DNA of 64,000 nucleotides, filler included, from Globobulimina sp. (Eukaryota): NCBI GenBank assembly GCA_003354225.1. It is 21 parts of 21 records of this genome, joined end to end, with 100 filler letters (N's around TTAATTAATTAA, not from the genome) between each part and the next. Parts side by side here need not be neighbours in the genome. Positions count along the whole stretch, not along the records: positions 61,099 to 64,000 come from PIVH01004422.1; 20 more parts are not named here. One strand, 5' to 3'. Shown piece by piece: positions 61,099 to 64,000 of this stretch (position 1 is its first letter; each line of letters starts with the position of its first letter). The notes under the pieces were generated by a model. It saw only the letters and a program-made list of their open reading frames with translations, ran no database searches and was not told where the DNA came from. The position numbers and the translations under genes were made by a program.

Positions 61099-63424
61099 TA
61101 TGTAACAAAGCAGCTTTTTTATCTTTTACTGCATCATATAAACATTGCGCAATTTCAAACTGTCCCATTTCAATGGAATAATGCAAAGAAGACTGCTTAA
61201 ATTTGTTTGGACATAAAATATCAATATCGGCCAAACTAAGTAACCATTGCACCACTTCAAACCTCCCATATTGACACGCCAAATGCATTCCGGTTTTGCC
61301 TGCTCTCGACTCGCATTCATTGATATCCAAATCTGCAAAATGCAACAAAATCAATTGAGCAATTCCAACTTGTCCCGCTTTACAGGCACGGCGAAAATAA
61401 GTATGCTTTTCCACTGTAAATAGTTTCAAAAAATAGTCATTCTTCAACATAAATGAAATTGTGTCACTTTGTCCTCTATAAATTGCCTCGCAAATACCAC
61501 CATAATCGCCAACCAATTCCTTTTCGAGTTGTTGATGCGGCACAATTTCCAATAATAATTTTAATACTTTCACGCTACTTTTACCGCAGACATTTTGTAG
61601 ATTCATTTTCATGATAAAGTTGTAATCTTTTTTCTGTGTTACAAGTAAGTCACAGATTAATTTCCTATCATTTAAACAAGAAGCAATATGTAAGTTTTTT
61701 TCATCATTCATTAATATCCTTTCTACCTTCAATAAATCCAATAATTCCTCTTCTTTACGCAATATATTATATAATTTATGCGCTCCCACTTTATAACGAG
61801 ACATATCGTATAATAAAAACTGTATTTCTGCAATCATAGAATTTAATTTTCCATTATTTACAGAAACATTAATTTTAATATCCGCATAACTGGGTTTTAT
61901 TCGCGGAAACCATTTTTTATGCGTACAATATGAGCAATGCAATGTCCATTTTGCGCATTTATTGCATCAACAAACACGTCCAAATATTTTAATAAATCTC
62001 CACCATTTTCAAATATTAACGTACAACGCATCAAATCTAATAAATGTGCGGCGGCGGGATATCGTTCAAATTTATAATCCGTTTCCATTTTCACTTTGCA
62101 GCGTTCCATCAGTTTCACCGGACCTCGTCGATAAATTATACTGTTATCACCATTGCGTTTGGTCAACGTATTGATATCAAAAATCTTTTCAACACTTTGC
62201 TGAAATTCATTGTTTAACATATGTGCCAACATAATGAGTGAGGACAAAAAATCTAAATCACTGTGCTTTATGGCATTGAAAGTGGCAGTGCTTAAATGTG
62301 ACAATTGCTGTTTTGTATATTTTGGCGACAATGAATTTGGCAAAGTATCTTGACGCGGTTTATTATCGTCCGTGTTATGATATGTTTTGATATTTGCTCC
62401 AAACGAACATAATTGCGTCCAACAGTGCCGATTATTCTTTTCCATTTCGTGCAAAATTAACGATTGTTTGGTTGATTCCCGTTTGGTTAATTCGAATAAT
62501 TCATACCATAGTAATCGATTAATATTTGTGTCTGAATAAGTTAACCAATCACAAAATATATAAATAAAAAAGACATGAAACACGTACAGTACCTGTAACA
62601 TTTTGTTTTTTTTCATCTTGATCGGAATGGTGTGCATATTTTGGATGATAACAATACCAAATCATTGAAGTTAAGATATATTTATTGAACCAAAACCAGT
62701 TTTTGCTGTTGGAAGATTCAATTACATCTTGGCAGCACTTTGAGAGTGTTCTCCATAATTTTGATTGAAACGGCGTCTTATTCGTTTTTAGTACATAACG
62801 CCATGAAATGCACAATAAGTCATCATCGAAGCCTTGTTTTTGTTGAATTAAACCACAAATATATTCTACTAATTTCTTGACCCAATCTGATTGCATTCTG
62901 CCTTTGTGTCTGTTCAATAAAGCATCGTGATTTGCTTTTTGATCTTTTAATTTTGAGATTATTTCTGTTATTTTAGCACTCGAACTTCCCCCAAACTCAC
63001 TGAGGGATAGTAAGTGTTCAATGTCATAATGGTGTCTGTCTCGAGCCCACCATACGGCGGTATCTCCCCTGACATCGGAATACGTGACATTTGCACCGAG
63101 ATTTATTAGCATTGAACAAATAGCATAATGGCCACTGGCCGCTGCGGGGAATAACATTGGTGTCTATATGGAGGGGAATAATATGCGCCATTTCTACACG
63201 GATTATAAATCAGATATTTTGCATTTATAATTAACTTTTTTCTCAGGATGCAAGTCATTCACATCAACAGTTGTATTTTGGACAATATGTTTAACATATT
63301 CAATATCACCATGTTTTATTTTGTCCCATAACTCTGTCCAATCTTCGACTGTCATTTCGTTTGTTTTTTTTTCATCTGCCATGTTTGAATTATTTTGACC
63401 CGGCCCAGCTAGTAAGTTTTTCAT
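61099..63424 (-). CDS. Ankyrin repeats + RelA/SpoT-like nucleotidyltransferase domain + ankyrin repeats; multi-exon, frameshift near 61900, 3' partial
   Basis: GPVKLMERCKVKMETDY, LLDLMRC, VRIKNGF, YADIKINV, AEIQF; ankyrin motifs GKTGMHLAC and GDTAVWWA. Confidence 0.7.
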
Positions 63425-63462
63425 TTAATTAATTTTATTATCTAAAAACTACTATAAGAATT

Positions 63463-64000
63463 ATGCTAAAAGTAAAACAAGATGCTAATTATACAAAATG
63501 TGCAAGTCTGGTTCAAAATGTTGGTATTGGTATTTTTTTCTGTTTAGAATTGGTTATTTGCGTAGTTGGAGCATACTCAATTTATTCCGAGACTGATGCA
63601 TTAAGCTGGGGATTAACCACTGTTTCAATTGTAGCATTATTGAGTTTATGCTCAATTTGTTTTGCCATTTTAGGTTTATTAATGAAAAAAAGACAATTTT
63701 TGTTTTGGTTTGCTGCGTCATCAATTATCAATACATTAATCTGGATTGCACTCAGTTGCATTTTTTATGCTTTTATTGGTATAACACAAGATGAGCGACT
63801 CATTTGTGAAAAAATCGAGTTATTAATCTGCGTCACTGTGATGACAACGTATGTGTTATTGCGAATTTATACCATTAGTTCCATTAAAAAAATCAGGAAT
63901 GATAAAGAGAATTCAATTCCAGGGCGCAATTATACAGATGCACGCGCACAAAGACAATGCTTTAAAATAATCACAATTACTGAATTATTGATGTTTATTT
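63463..64000 (+). CDS. Four-TM membrane protein, runs off the window
   Basis: Open frame from ATG 63463 (MLKVKQDANYTKC...) with four hydrophobic segments. Confidence 0.5.
   Translation, partial: MLKVKQDANYTKCASLVQNVGIGIFFCLELVICVVGAYSIYSETDALSWGLTTVSIVALLSLCSICFAILGLLMKKRQFLFWFAASSIINTLIWIALSCIFYAFIGITQDERLICEKIELLICVTVMTTYVLLRIYTISSIKKIRNDKENSIPGRNYTDARAQRQCFKIITITELLMFI

Noticed and set aside
1-64000. rRNA, tRNA, CRISPR arrays or multi-gene operonic systems spanning contigs
   Set aside because: None recognised by eye, and neighbouring contigs are unlinked, so cross-spacer gene clusters cannot be inferred.

Overview
This is not one locus. It is 21 unrelated contigs of about 2.95 kb, sorted by length and joined by 20 artificial 100-nt spacers (N44-TTAATTAATTAA-N44), so adjacency across spacers means nothing. 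Most contigs come from an AT-rich protist with short GT-AG introns. The gene families (PTxDPT mucin-like proteins, orphan 7TM proteins, an expanded ART-like family) suggest a foraminifer or other rhizarian, which is an inference. Recognisable host genes are OGFOD1/Tpa1, an SLC38-type transporter, the TFIIIC B-block subunit, SMG9, UBE2K, ABCC, guanylate kinase, a sulfotransferase, midasin and a COP-alpha-like WD40 protein. Standout features: (1) a giant-virus-like contig (15290-18246) with a cysteine dioxygenase fragment, two tandem Rho_N/Cys-rich paralogues, AAAATTGA early promoters and 3' hairpins; (2) a 2.66-kb DNA transposon with 119-bp TIRs, an IS3EU-like integrase core and an antisense HECT C-lobe; (3) three members of a UBA-linked ADP-ribosyltransferase-like family; (4) an ankyrin + RelA/SpoT-like nucleotidyltransferase protein; (5) a palindromic MITE family; (6) a terminally redundant (circular) contig; (7) three bacterial fragments fused to eukaryotic genes at contig ends, probably chimeras. 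All calls come from reading motifs by eye; no database searches were run.
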